This document shows positions 1-11,595 of a stretch of 64,000 nucleotides of DNA, in pieces. The stretch lies in assembly GCA_013265495.1 (NCBI GenBank), contig MU058781.1, positions 124,001 through 188,000 of the forward strand, read 5' to 3'. The stretch is from Vicugna vicugna. Taxonomy: Eukaryota. A program made the position numbers and the translations under genes. Positions within the stretch are counted from its first letter, which is position 1. Every line of letters starts with the position of its first letter. The notes beneath the pieces were generated by a model. The model searched no databases and had not been told where the DNA came from. It saw only the letters and a list, made by a program, of their open reading frames with translations.

Positions 1-106
1 CCAGTTCCTAGATCTTATATGAAAACTAATAAAATGATGGCATGTATGAGGATGCATTTTGTCAATTTTACACTGTTTTTCCATATTTTAAGAATAGTAG
101 TCATAG

Positions 107-2012
107 TCAAACGTACAGCCAGCATAGTACTCAACAGTGAAAAACTCAAAAGCTTCCCACTAAAATCTGGGGTAAGACAAGGCTGCCCACTATCACCGCT
201 CCTATTCAACATAGTCCTGAAAGTTCTAGCCACAGCAGTCAGGGAAGAGAGAGAAATAAAAGGGATCCAAATTGGAAAATAAGAGGTAGAAGTGTCACTA
301 TATGCCAATGACATGGTACTGTAGGTCCACGCAAAAACTACTAGAACTAATCAAAGAATTCAGCAAGGCAGCAGGTTACAAGATTAACGTACAAAAATCA
401 GTCACATTTTTTTACACTAATGATGAATCAACAGAAAAAGAAAGTAAAGAAACAATCCCCTTTAAAATAGCACCCAAAGTAATAAAATACCTAGGAATAA
501 ATCTAACCAAGAAGATGAAAGAGTTACACTTGGAAAACTATAAACCATTGATGAAGGAAATGAAAGAAGACTTAAAAAAATGGAAAGGTATCCCATGCTC
601 CTGGCTTGGAAGAATCGATATTGTTAAAATGGCCACACTGCCCAAGGCAATCTACAAATTTAATGCAATCCCTTTCAAATTATCCAGGACATATTTCACA
701 GAAATAGAAAAAAAATCATAATAAAATTTATATGGAACCACAAAAGACCTAGAATTGCCAAAGCATTGCTGAAGAAAAAGAAAGAGGCTGGAGGAATAAC
801 TCTCCCAGACTTCAGACAATACTATAGAGCTACAGTAATCAAGACAGCATGGTATTGGTACAAAAACAGACATATAGACCAATGGAATAGAACAGAGAGC
901 CCAGAAATGAACCCACAAACTTTTGGTCAACTAATCTTCAACAAAGGAGGCAAGAATATTCAATGGAATAAAGACAGTCTCTTCAGCAAATGGTGTTGGG
1001 AAAACTTGGCAGCAGCATGTAAATCAGTGAAGCTAGATCACTCCCTTACACCATACACAAAAATCAACTCAGAATGGATCAAAGACTTAAACCTAAGACA
1101 AGATACAATAAACCTCCTAGAAGAAAATATAGGCAAAACATTATCTGACATACATCTCAAAAATGTTCTCCTAGGGCAGTCTACCCAACCAATAGAAATA
1201 AAAGCAAGAATAAACAAATGGGACCTAATGAAACTTACAAGCTTCTGTACAGCAAAGGAAACCATAAGTAAAACAAAAAGACAACCTACAGAATGGGAGA
1301 AAATTTTTGCAAATGAAACCGATAAAGGCTTGATCTCTAGAATATATCAGCAGCTCATATGACTTAAAAAGAAAAAAACAAACAACCCAATCCAAAAATG
1401 GGTAGAAGACCTAAACAAGCAATTCTCCAGGGAAGACTTACTTACTTATGATCAATAGGCACATGAAAAAATGCTCAGTATCACTAATTATCAGAGAAAT
1501 GCAAATCAAAACTACAATGAGGTATCACCTCACACCAGTCAGAATGGCCATCATTCAAAAATCCACAGATGATAAATGCTGGAGAGGCTGTGGAGAAAAG
1601 GGAACCCTCCTACACTGCTGGTGGGAATGCAGTTTGGTGCAGCCACTGTGGAAAACAGTATGGAGATTCCTCAAAAGACTAAGAATAGACTTACCATATG
1701 ATCTAGTAATCCCTGCTCCTGGGCATATATCCAGAAGGAACCCTACTTCAAAAAGACACCTGCACCCCAATGTTCATAGCAGCACTATTTACAATAGCCA
1801 AGACATGGAAACAGCCTAAATGCCCATCAACAGATGACTAGATAAAGAAGATGTGGTATATCTATACAATGGAATATTATTCAGCCGTAAAAAACAACGA
1901 CATAACGCCATTTGCCACAACATGGATGTCCCTGGAGAATGTCGTTTTAAGTGAAGTTAGCCAGAAAGAGAAAGAAAAATACCATATGAGATCTCTCACA
2001 TGTGGAATCTAA
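107..2012 (+). pseudogene. Disrupted L1 ORF2 (RT C-terminal part and cysteine-rich domain)
   Basis: Homology is split across ORFs 19-282, 302-721, 766-1362 and 1448-1819 by stops and frameshifts. RT motif reads YAND at 301-312. Normal-looking ORF2 end TGTGGAATCTAA at 2001-2012. Confidence 0.93.
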
Positions 2013-2350
2013 ACAAAACAAAACAAAAAAAAGAACAAAAATACAAAACAGAAACAGACTCACAGACATAGAATACAAACTTGTGGTTGGCAAGGGGGTG
2101 GGGGGTGGGAAGGGACAGACTGGGATTTCAAAATTTGTAGATACTGACAGGCATATGCAGAATAGATAAACAAGATTATACTGTGTAGCATAGGCAAATA
2201 TATACAAGATCTTGTGGTAGCTCACAGCAAAAAAAAAGTGACAATGAATATATGTATGTTTATGTATAACTGAAAAATTGTGCTCTACACTGGAATTTGA
2301 CACAACATTGTAAAATGATTATAACTCAAATAAAAAATACTAAAAAAAAA
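107..2350 (+). mobile_element. 5'-truncated young LINE-1 (3' part of ORF2, 3' UTR, poly-A), camelid/artiodactyl-type
   Basis: ORF track gives L1 ORF2 peptides ([58 protein letters not shown]). G-rich 3' UTR tract at ~2094-2114, A-rich tail ending 2350, perfect TSD AAGAATAGTAGTCATAG at 90-106 and 2351-2367. Confidence 0.97.
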
Positions 2351-4080
2351 AAGAATAGTAGTCATAGCATATACACATCAAAAATGATCAAACAGACCAT
2401 TTTAGGGTTATTACCTCATGGGAATTCAAGTTTTGTCTTAATGGAAATTTCTCTGATGATAATGATGATTATAAAGGGTAACACTGCTGTATGGCTCACT
2501 TTGTGCCAGGCACTTTTTCAAATCCTCTCCCCCCCCAACCCCATACACACATATATATTTTTAAAACTCATTTAATTCTCACAACAGCCCTAAAGTAAAT
2601 ACCGTTTTTTTCCTCCTCATGTTTTCATGAAGAAAGTCTTTGTTTACAGATCTTTTCTTTCTTGATAAAGAGGCAAAACTCTTCCAGGAAATTAATAATT
2701 GTAGAGAAATCATAGAATATATCACAGGGCTGCACTGAGATCTTCTTTCAGAGTCACCTCAGTGAAATCAGCACAGATCTCCGGTGGGTGTCTCCCCACG
2801 CCCTTGGTGATTCCCCAGAAATGGCCTGAGAACCTGCAGCTTATAGATAAACACTTGCGGGGAAAGTAGGTCTGTAATCCACCACTTGCAAAAATATTGA
2901 GATCAATGCTTTCTGGATTTCAGTGCAAATGAATTTCTCTTTGGGCATGTGAACTAAAATAGTGGGTATAGTACACAGAGAAATAGTGAAAGCACCAAAC
3001 ACTGGCACGCCATTCAACACACTGGCAGTGCTTCTCTCTTTCTGTTTGGTTTCCGGCAGAGTATTTTATTATCCTGTTCCTTAATTTGTCAGCACTCCTC
3101 TCCATGATATAAAATCAAGAAAAGCAGTTAAAGTTTTAGGAATAAACCCAAACTGTAGAAGTCAGTAAGTAAGATAATTCTATCAGCCTCGATGGCTGTC
3201 CTTACCAGCAGCCAATGCAAGGGCTTGTGGTATTCACACAAAGGAAACGAATTTTGCATAACTTGACTTCCAAGCGGTGATTATCCCTTGCAGGCTGTCT
3301 GTTTTTCCAAGTGGTCCTGCTGATTAGAGGCTCTGAGTGAAGTCTGTGGTGCTTGATAACCTAGCTACCTTGGCTTTCTGCTACATTAAACCCTTTTGGT
3401 CGGCTTTCAGCAGGCAGCACTGAGGCCTGTGGACTTTCTCTGCCGTCAGAAGCTGTATTTCTTTGCCAAGAGTTTGCTTCTTGCAGGTCATCAGGAAGCA
3501 TATGATGTGTGTTAGCCATGTTAATATCAGAATGCAACTTGTGAGATTACAGATTCGCAGCAGAATATCACATTTTACCTGATTTGGTGGTTGAATTTTC
3601 AGAGAATTCAGTGAGTATTTAATGAATGTCATGCATCATAAAACCGTCTTCAGACCATTGATCCAGCACTGGCTAACTGTGATTTCAAGGCATAATAGTC
3701 CCATTTGGTGCCCCATGTTGGAGAGTAGGGTGGAGTAGGAAAAACATGCCAGAGTAGATGAAACATGTTTGAGAAATGTTAGCAGATTCAGAATTCACAT
3801 TTGCATATTAAATCATTCAGCATTTCCAAAAGTTATTATTTGTCCATGGGACCCCTCCTTTTTTTTTTTCTTCATATCACAGCCTTTCTCATTCCTAGGA
3901 ACTTAATTTCCGTAGAGCACACATGATAAAATGCGGATCTTACGAACGCATCTATGAGCCACGCTCAGGTCCTGTTTGCAGGATGCTTATCTCCACTTCA
4001 TTTTAGGGCACAGGGCATTCAGGGTTCAGAAAAGGTCAGTAAAAATCTAGGTCTTTGATCTTATTTTTCTTGCTCTGAAC

Positions 4081-4385
4081 CAGGGGTTGGGAAACTCCTT
4101 CTGCAAAGGGCGAGGCAGTAAATGTTTCTGGCTTCGCGGACCGTACGGTCGCTGTCAAAACTGCTCAGTTCTGCCCTTGCAGCATAAAAACAGCTGCAGA
4201 CAACGTGGAGAATAAAGGAGTATGATTGAAGTCTGGATTTCACGTATTTTTTGCCCATCCAGAAATATTCTTCTTCTTTTTTCCAACCATTTAAATACAT
4301 AAAAACCATTCTTCGATCAGAGGCTATGCAAGGACAGCCAGAAAGTTGGATGTGGCCTGTGGACCACAGTGAGCTGACCCCCCCC
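4081..4385 (+). mobile_element. MER58B-like hAT-Charlie DNA transposon remnant
   Basis: Starts CAGGGGTTGGGAAACT..CTGCAAAGGGC, internal CAACCATTTAAATACATAAAAACCATTCTT, ends GCTGACCCC. Terminal inverted repeats match the MER58 pattern. Confidence 0.85.
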
Positions 4386-5019
4386 AACCCCCGCTTTAAA
4401 CCAAAACTGGTAACGAGATGGTGCCTGTGCCTCTTTTCGCACTAGCCGGGGGTGGGGGGGCCTGCTGTGCTAACGTTTTCTTACCTGTCTTTTCTGGTAA
4501 ATCTGGTAAATCTACCCGTCCCTCAGTACTCAGTTTAAGTCATATCGGCTCAAGTCAACTTTGCCTTCGTAGTCTGTTTCACATGGATGTCTTCCTCCCC
4601 GAACCCATAGAACAGCGCCTGTCTGGGCCACACCAGCAGCCCTTCCCCTTGCCTTCTGCTTGGCTGCACGCATTTTAAAGAATAAAGTTTTTGTAGTCCA
4701 GAGATTTTTTTTTTTTAAGCCCTTTTAGGGCAGAAGTCTTTGCTTTGTTACTTTCTAGTACCACTTCTGAACCCAAGGTAACACGTGGCTGTGTATCTAC
4801 TGAGCAATCAATCAACATATGTTACAGGAAAACAATGTGGAAATCATGCAGGAATGGGTGGATGTTGTACCTGTATGTTTAGAGTTAACACTCAATTGAA
4901 TATTTAGTGGTGGCAAATTGAAATTTAAGCGAGGTAGTAGTATCAATAGCATTGTATTTAGAGTAGGAGGGTCGATTCTCGGAGGTACCTCTGATGAAGA
5001 GGGTCACTGGCTCGTCTTT

Positions 5020-5110
5020 TCATTCTTTCTTCTTTCATTCATTCATTTATTCATTTGTTCGTTCATTCGTTCATGAATGCTCATTGAGTTCCTATACTGT
5101 AGGCATCGAC
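5020..5110 (-). mobile_element. L2 3' tail fragment
   Basis: (TTCA)n-like run followed by ATTGAGTTCCTATACTGTAGGCA, the reverse complement of the L2 3' end. Confidence 0.6.
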
Positions 5111-5435
5111 ATTAGTGTGGATCTGAGTGTCATTTTTGTTGGTAAACGTGATCAGGCTCTTGATCCAGGATCTGAAACACCTCTCACATCAGTGTCCTCT
5201 TCTGACTCTCCACACCTGCTTCCATGAAGCTTTCATATCACTTGACTCAACCACGAGTGTTTCCACCTCTCGACTTCTTCCCATGTCTTCTATCTTGTAC
5301 ATGTTTACAGAGTGATAGTTTTAGAAAATAAAGTTTATTATTAAGATATTGCTAGTTTCCTACTTATATTTGTTTCCTAATCCCCATAGCCCACAGGATG
5401 TGCAGGCTTCTCAGGATGTACGGAGCCCCTGCCCT

Positions 5436-5640
5436 GCAAAGACTGGGTGACTTAAGCAACGGAAATCTATCTTCTCACCGTTCTGGAGTCTGGGAGTTGA
5501 AGATCAAGGTGCAGGCAGGGCTGGTCTCTCCTGAGGCCTCTCCTGGTCTTGCAGGCTGTCCTCTTCTGTGCCCTCACATGGTCTTTGCTCTGGGAGCATA
5601 TGCGTCCCCAATATTTCCCTGTGTGTCCTAATCTCCTCTT
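5436..5640 (-). mobile_element. MLT1A/B-type MaLR LTR fragment
   Basis: AGACTGGGTGACTTAAGCAACGGAAAT..TCTCACCGTTCTGGAG..AAGATCAAGGTG..CCTCACATGGTC..GTGTCCTAATCTCCTCTT. Confidence 0.85.
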
Positions 5641-6898
5641 AAGAAATAAAGTTCACCCAGGGACAACCTCAAAGGTGTAATTATAGGTCCTGCATGGAAG
5701 TGGGCACAAATCGAACCAGGAAACTTTACTTTGAACTATTATTCTCTTAGTTTCATTTATAAGAAAATATTCTGAGTAACAGTTTTGCTTTTTTAATCAC
5801 TGAAAAATTTTCTGAAGTCTCTTTTCCTTTTTTTTTTGTCCTCACAAATAAAAAAGAGCTAGCTTTTCCTGAAAGAAGGTTTATACTCACAATTCACTTA
5901 CTGATATGATAAGAAATTATTCTTACTGTGTATTAGGCTTTTACTTGGTTCCTCAGGACTTTATTAGAAGTGTCTTTGGGGGAAAAATGTTTTGAGACAT
6001 AAAATTTCCGAGACAAAGCTGTACCCATTTCCTGCTGAAATACACAGCAACTTCTAGAATCTTAATGACAGATGTGAGTTGAAAGATTTTTTTAATAAAA
6101 TTCTCATATATTTAGCCATATTAGAAAAATATTTAAATATTACTTTTGACATTTCCCTTTGTAGATGTTAGACAAACAAAATAAATCTAGACCCATGCGA
6201 CGAGTGATGAGTTTCTTAAACACTTCACTCCAGTTGTTCTGTGGTGTTTTTTATTTTTTTTTAAATAAAAGAATGCTATTTCATATAAACCATAAATTAT
6301 AGTTCATTATCAGCTATAGCTTAGAATAAACTCTAAACAAGGATGAAGAACTAATGCATCGCAGAGGAGAACGAGCCCCTGCCTGCTGGTCTGACTGTAT
6401 CCAGGTAGATAAGTTATCCACGTTTCTTTGGCAAGTTCTCCAGTCATGTCATTAAAAATGGCAATGTTATACATATATATGATAGTTTTGTTCCTTGGTT
6501 AGGTTTTTATTAACTAATAAATCCATCAATTTTATTCCCTCAGTGCCGCGTGCTGGGTACTCTACCGTATTAACTACCCGGTGCCTTAGTAGATTTGGTT
6601 ATTTACTTACTTATTTTCATGATAAGCTTTCTCAAGAAAACTCTTAGCACATCTGGTGAGGGCCTTTCCACTTGGGGAAAAAAAATGCCAAATATTCAAC
6701 CTGACTGAAAATGCATCCCCAAGGTGCTTGGCTTCTGGCACAAAGCAGGAACTATGTATAGACGCATCATAAAAATAGATGAAACAGGAGCAGGGCGCCC
6801 AGAAGGGCAAAGTTGTCTTTTAGATACAGTCCTGGTGACAGCCCAAGCAGTGCCCAACAGGGCCAGAGGATAAAGCAAAGTGAACCGGACTTCAAGTC

Positions 6899-7440
6899 AA
6901 CAGACATTTATCCAAGTCCGGTTCTGCGCCGGGCGTCGTGGTAGTTGCTGCTGGGGAAACAAGTATGAGTGAAACAGCGTTTCTGCCCTGAAGGAACGTA
7001 CGAGGGGAGACAGAGCGCCCCAGACGGGCCGCGGAGGGCGGGGCGCCTCGAGCGCGCGGGGAGGGGTCCGCCGGCCCAAGGGTCAGGGAGGGCGTCAGGC
7101 GAAGGGTGGGACCTGAGCTGTTCCTGTAAGATCAGACAGGCAGAGAGAAGAGGAAAGAACAAAGTAAACAGCAAACAGGAAAAGTCAAGAAGACAGTGGC
7201 AGTGCGGAGTGTTCAGGGTCGGATCAGAGAAGCGCACCGCTAGGAGTGGGGCTGGGCGAGCAGTCGCTGTGAGGCTGTGGCTTCCGCGTCTGGTGCTGCA
7301 GCCCGAAGCCCACGGGGCGGGCAGGCGGGAAGAAGCGATGAATGCGAAGCGGGGAGGAGCTCGGACCGACTGGAACTCCTGAGGCTGAGCTGGGTGCCAT
7401 AAGAGACAACTGGAACCCACTTGCCTCCCTCACCACCTCT
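6899..7440 (-). mobile_element. L2 3' region remnant, strongly GC/CpG-enriched
   Basis: ACAGACATTTATCCAAG..GCCGGGC..GCTGGGGAAACA..CTGCCCTGAAGGAAC..GGGGAGACAGA..GGTCAGGGAGGGC..GACCTGAGCTG follow the landmark order of the reverse-complemented L2 3' end. Confidence 0.6.
6918..7372. promoter_or_regulatory. Small CpG island with GC box
   Basis: Roughly 40-45 CpGs (counted by eye) in ~450 bp against a CpG-poor background. GGGCGGGGC Sp/KLF box at ~7036-7045. Confidence 0.6.
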
Positions 7441-9539
7441 CAGCCTCCATCTTTGATGATGGGAGTGACCTTTGGGGAGCCTGGAACCATTCTGTATGGA
7501 GCTTAAGATGCACTGGCCCCAGGTGGGGATGAGCTGGAGGAGGAGAGCAGAACGGAGGTGACGAACTGCCCGTTCGCTTCCCCAGAGCTCCAGCACAACA
7601 ACAACACAAAATGGCATTTGGTGCCTCCCCAGACCATCACAGCAGTAAGGAATATGATGGTGCTGCAGGGTTCCAGTCCAGACCTTGTGCAAATGGCCTC
7701 TCATGCTCTGCCCCCAACTCAGAGCTCAGCAGAGAAGTGAATCCTGGAAGTGTCACTCCAGCTTACCTCAGTTGCCATACTGCAAATCTACCACATGGTG
7801 CAAAACATCACACAGGATTATATTCCACCTGTTTATCTGTTACCAGATATTTTATCTCCTCAGAGAATGCACAGGTTTCCTAGAACATCACAGAGAATGG
7901 AGCACTCACCAGACCGAACCCAAATCTGAACGATTTAGGAAAGAATTTATTCCTTTGCTAAATATCATTCAGCTTGTTCATTAATTCAATTGTTGAAACC
8001 CCAAAGCGCTGGAGATGAACACAAGGCACTGAACAGAATTAGAGTAAAAGAAGAAGTTGTATCTAGTTACTTCTTTCCTATTTTAACATAGGGATTAATT
8101 TTTTTTTTACCATTAAAAAATGTATGGCGAGACCCAGCCTTCATTTTTGCTCAACAACTTACAAATTCTACATAATACAAAACTCTTACATAAGGTTATA
8201 GGACGAATGATCCAGGCTTGCACCCCTGAGAAATACTATGTTGAAACAAACAGAACAGGTAATAAGTAAAATATTAATTTTTGGTAGTGAAGACCTCTTG
8301 AGACACACTGTTTCCTCTTCCTTTAAATATGCATCTGGGTATGTCATGCTTTGGAAGACACCCTGAAGTATAAGCAAGAAGATTCTTTGCTTAAAACGTT
8401 AAAACCACCACTGCCACCAAAAACAACAAAACCCAAGTCAAGAAGTCAGCAGAGTTATTTTTTATGAAACACAAATTAAGTGTTCCACTTGTTTGCACTT
8501 GCTATTTGAATTATGGTGCTTGCAAGAAAAAAGCTTGAAAGGATGAATAAAACACCATCAAAACTGAAACTAGACCTAAATTAAATAAAATTGGCTGTAT
8601 CTATTCTTAATTCATCTCCACAATTGGGTCACCAGATTTTTGCATCTTAGCCACTGAGCACTTTGTCTCCAGACGTAAAAAACTATGTTTCCGGTAGTTC
8701 TGAAACTCAGAGACAAAGTGAAAAAGAAGGTAATTTGGAAGGCCATGTGAATGTGACCACTCAAAAGAAGGGGCTGAACCAGAGCCAAAGATGAAATCTG
8801 AAAGGGGTTGACGGTGTGAAGAAAGGACGAGCTGAATTCAGAGCTGGCTTTATTACTGTTCCTATTTGAAGCAAGAATTAGATCCAGTGGCTGTAGAGCA
8901 GTGACCACCATTCTGGGCTGTTGTTTTCTATTTCAGAATTCAGTTGTCTTGACTATTTCAAAAGCCAGCAAAAGAGAAAGAGACTCTGCCTCTAAATCTC
9001 GGAGGCCTGTGATAGGCTAAAATGACTACTAAGATCTCGCGTTCGGACAGCACTTTATGAAGTGATTTCACATAAAAAGATCCTTTTTGATATACCTGTT
9101 ATATGGCATGCCTGCCACTTTATGGACAATATGAGATTTTTTGATGTGTAAGATGAGCTGAAGTAGGAAAAGTGACAGGAAATTTACAGACCTGTGGAAT
9201 AATATTCCACAATGGGGTATTCTTTATAATTATCCTGGCTGAGTAGCGCCATCCAAAGTTCTTAAATCATCAACACTGCCATTTTTACTGTAGAGGATAA
9301 GAGTTATGATCCTGCAACTCTTTAAATTTTCCTCCTTGACAAAAGTGATCTACCTTTCTCGCCAGCCTGTCTGGATGATCCACAGCAGCGCTACCCTGGT
9401 GCTGGGTGGATGTGATAGAGGGCTCCTCAAAGGCCCTCGGTGTGAGGAGTGTTGCTTACATAGAGCAGGAATCTTGTGAGATTTAAAGGGAGGAAGATGC
9501 TAGTTTGAGCCATGAATAACCAAATTTGGCAGAATATAC

Positions 9540-9788
9540 TTTTTTTATTGAAATATAATCCATTTACAACGTTGTGTTAATGTCTGGTGTACAGCGTCTG
9601 CAAATGCCACGCTCCCAATTTAGCCCTCCTCCCCCACCACCTCCCCGTAACTGAAAGTTTGCTTTCTATGTCTCTGAGTCTACCTCTGTTTCGTAAATAA
9701 GTTGATTTGTGTCCCTTTTTCAGATTCCACATGTAAGTGATATCATATGGTATTTTTCGTTCTCTTTCTGGCTTACTCCACTTAGTAT
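9540..9788 (-). mobile_element. Short L1 3' UTR fragment (artiodactyl-type) with internal deletion
   Basis: Poly-T, then ATTGAAATATAATCCATTTACAACGTTGTG..CAGATTCCACATGTAAGTGATATCATATGG..CACTTAGTATGA. Flanked by GAATATA(C/T)TTTT on both sides. Confidence 0.85.
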
Positions 9789-10289
9789 GAATATATTTTT
9801 ATATTGTTAGCATTGTTGTTTTGTTTTTTTTGTAACTGATGACTAAGACCTTTTAAAGATTTTGAGCATGATATTAGCTTCTTTTTAGCATGGGTTACCT
9901 TTTAACTTTGGACCTATTGTCCTAAGAACAACTGAGAACCTTAAACAGGCACGAAGGTAACAGCTGTTCAGCTGCGACGAAGGAGTTAGTCATTTGCTCC
10001 TCTTCCCTCTTCTGATCAACCACAAAATCTAGTCAGCTATCATTCCAGAGGTCAGCTTCTTGCCCATAACTGGTACTCAGTCAATCAGCCCAACGTGTGA
10101 CCACCCAGACTGGCTACAATTATATAACCAAGTCCTTCTCAGTTACCTCCTGGATGTCTCATCCTGAGCGCTCTGTGGGTCCATCAAAATTAGGACAACC
10201 AGAACAGAAGCCATTATCTTCTCGCTCAAAGCTGTGCACGCTTCCTAAAACTATTCCTTCTGTCTGTTATCTACGCTGTCCCTGCTGTC

Positions 10290-10700
10290 GTGTAGTTATC
10301 ACTACAAATAATACTGGTATCGGTATTTTCACGGTGGGTCTTTTTAGGGGGAGAGGGGAGAGGGAGTGCACTTTAGAGGCTTACTTATGCTATTGTCTAA
10401 TGGTTTTTACTTTTTAAATGTTTCTTGTAAAGAACTAAATATTAGATTGCCATTTTCAATGATTTCTGAGAGTCTTTGCCTTGGAAAGGGGGAATTTAGA
10501 TCTTTTACTTTTGTTATTCTGTTATGCATGGCCTGCCTTATTCACTGATTTACGCTTTTGTTTTAATGCTTAATTTTTCTTTTATTTTTCACAACAGTTT
10601 GAAAAGTAGCCACTCTTTTTCTTATTCTGCCAGTTGATTTTTAAAAATCTTCCAGGAGAACTTAAAACTTTATTGATGGAACTGTCAAGTGAAAGAGCAA
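10290..10700 (-). mobile_element. Ancient L1M fragment
   Basis: TTTCTTGTAAAGAAC..TCTGAGAGTCTTTGCCTT..GAATTTAGATCTTTTACTTTTGTT resembles antisense old L1 ORF2 5' sequence. Confidence 0.45.
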
Positions 10701-10803
10701 AGTAACAAGTTTCAATAATCTCTTTGAGAAGGTGAAGAATTCAGTGCTTTCATTTTTCTTTTTCCTCTTAATTTAGGTCTTGATCAATGTATACTAGAGC
10801 CTG

Positions 10804-10808
<5 letters not shown>

Positions 10809-10840
<32 letters not shown>

Positions 10841-10848
10841 TGTGTGTG
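10809..10848. repeat. (TG)n microsatellite
   Basis: Visible directly, one TT interruption. Confidence 0.97.
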
Positions 10849-11449
10849 AGTGTAAGTTATAGTCTTAAATGTAGTGTTTAAAAGACTAAAATAAGTATTC
10901 TGGCTTAGGCAACTACCTCAACAAATCTTTCCTTATCATCCTAGAAACAATCTTTATCTCTTGAATGACAGAGAATATTTTGTTAAATCATGGCTTTAAA
11001 AAAATACTCTTTTATACATTCATTAGTAGGGCAAGGATGTTTTTATTTTCTCCTGACGGTCAGAAAATCAACTGTGTGCTGGCGATTGTAGGTATGTATT
11101 TAGTTATCTTTGATGAAAACTACTGTATTGTGGGTTGTCATCAATAAGGAATGATAATGGCCATTGTTACCTACAATAGTCATTTAAAAAATGAGACTGA
11201 GCCAACAGTAGCTTAATATGAATTAATTTAGATTATGGCTCTCTAAACTCCAGTAGTACAAAGGGAGTCATATCACGAGGAATTAGAAATCTTAAATCCA
11301 ATTCAAAGCTAAGGTGTGAACAGACAGGTTCAAAGACCAAAGCCAGTGCTCAGTCTTAGGGCAGCTGGGGACACCAGATGCCTTCCCTGTCATCCCAGAA
11401 GCTGTAACAATGGCAAATGGCATAGATGGCATCTCTCACCCCAGAGCAT

Positions 11450-11595
11450 CTTAAAGACTGGAGGGGACTTAGAGACCACTTGTCTGAGCCATTCACTGTG
11501 CATGCTCCGAAGTGGGGGTCCTGAGTGGTCAAGCTTGTCAGCAGGGGGCGCTGCACTGGAGGCTGTTGTCTGGTCCCAGATCCGGGCTTCTTTCT
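11450..11595 (-). mobile_element. MIR SINE remnant
   Basis: GGAGGGGACTTAGAGACCACTTGTCT..CATT....TCCCAGATCCGGGCTTCTTTC matches the outline of an antisense MIR. Confidence 0.5.
11535..11553 (+). promoter_or_regulatory. Candidate CTCF site
   Basis: TTGTCAGCAGGGGGCGCTG versus consensus TGGCCASYAGRKGGCRSYR. Confidence 0.6.

Noticed and set aside
15..2303. Minus-strand ORFs over the L1
   Set aside because: Antisense shadows of L1 sequence with no independent coding evidence.
4931..4955. GAGGTAGTAG resembling the let-7 5' end
   Set aside because: The remainder does not match any let-7/miR-98 mature sequence and there is no complementary hairpin arm.
6897..7704. Cluster of long overlapping ORFs (up to 170 aa)
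   Set aside because: Expected from stop-codon scarcity in GC-rich sequence. No recognisable domain, and it overlies an L2 remnant.
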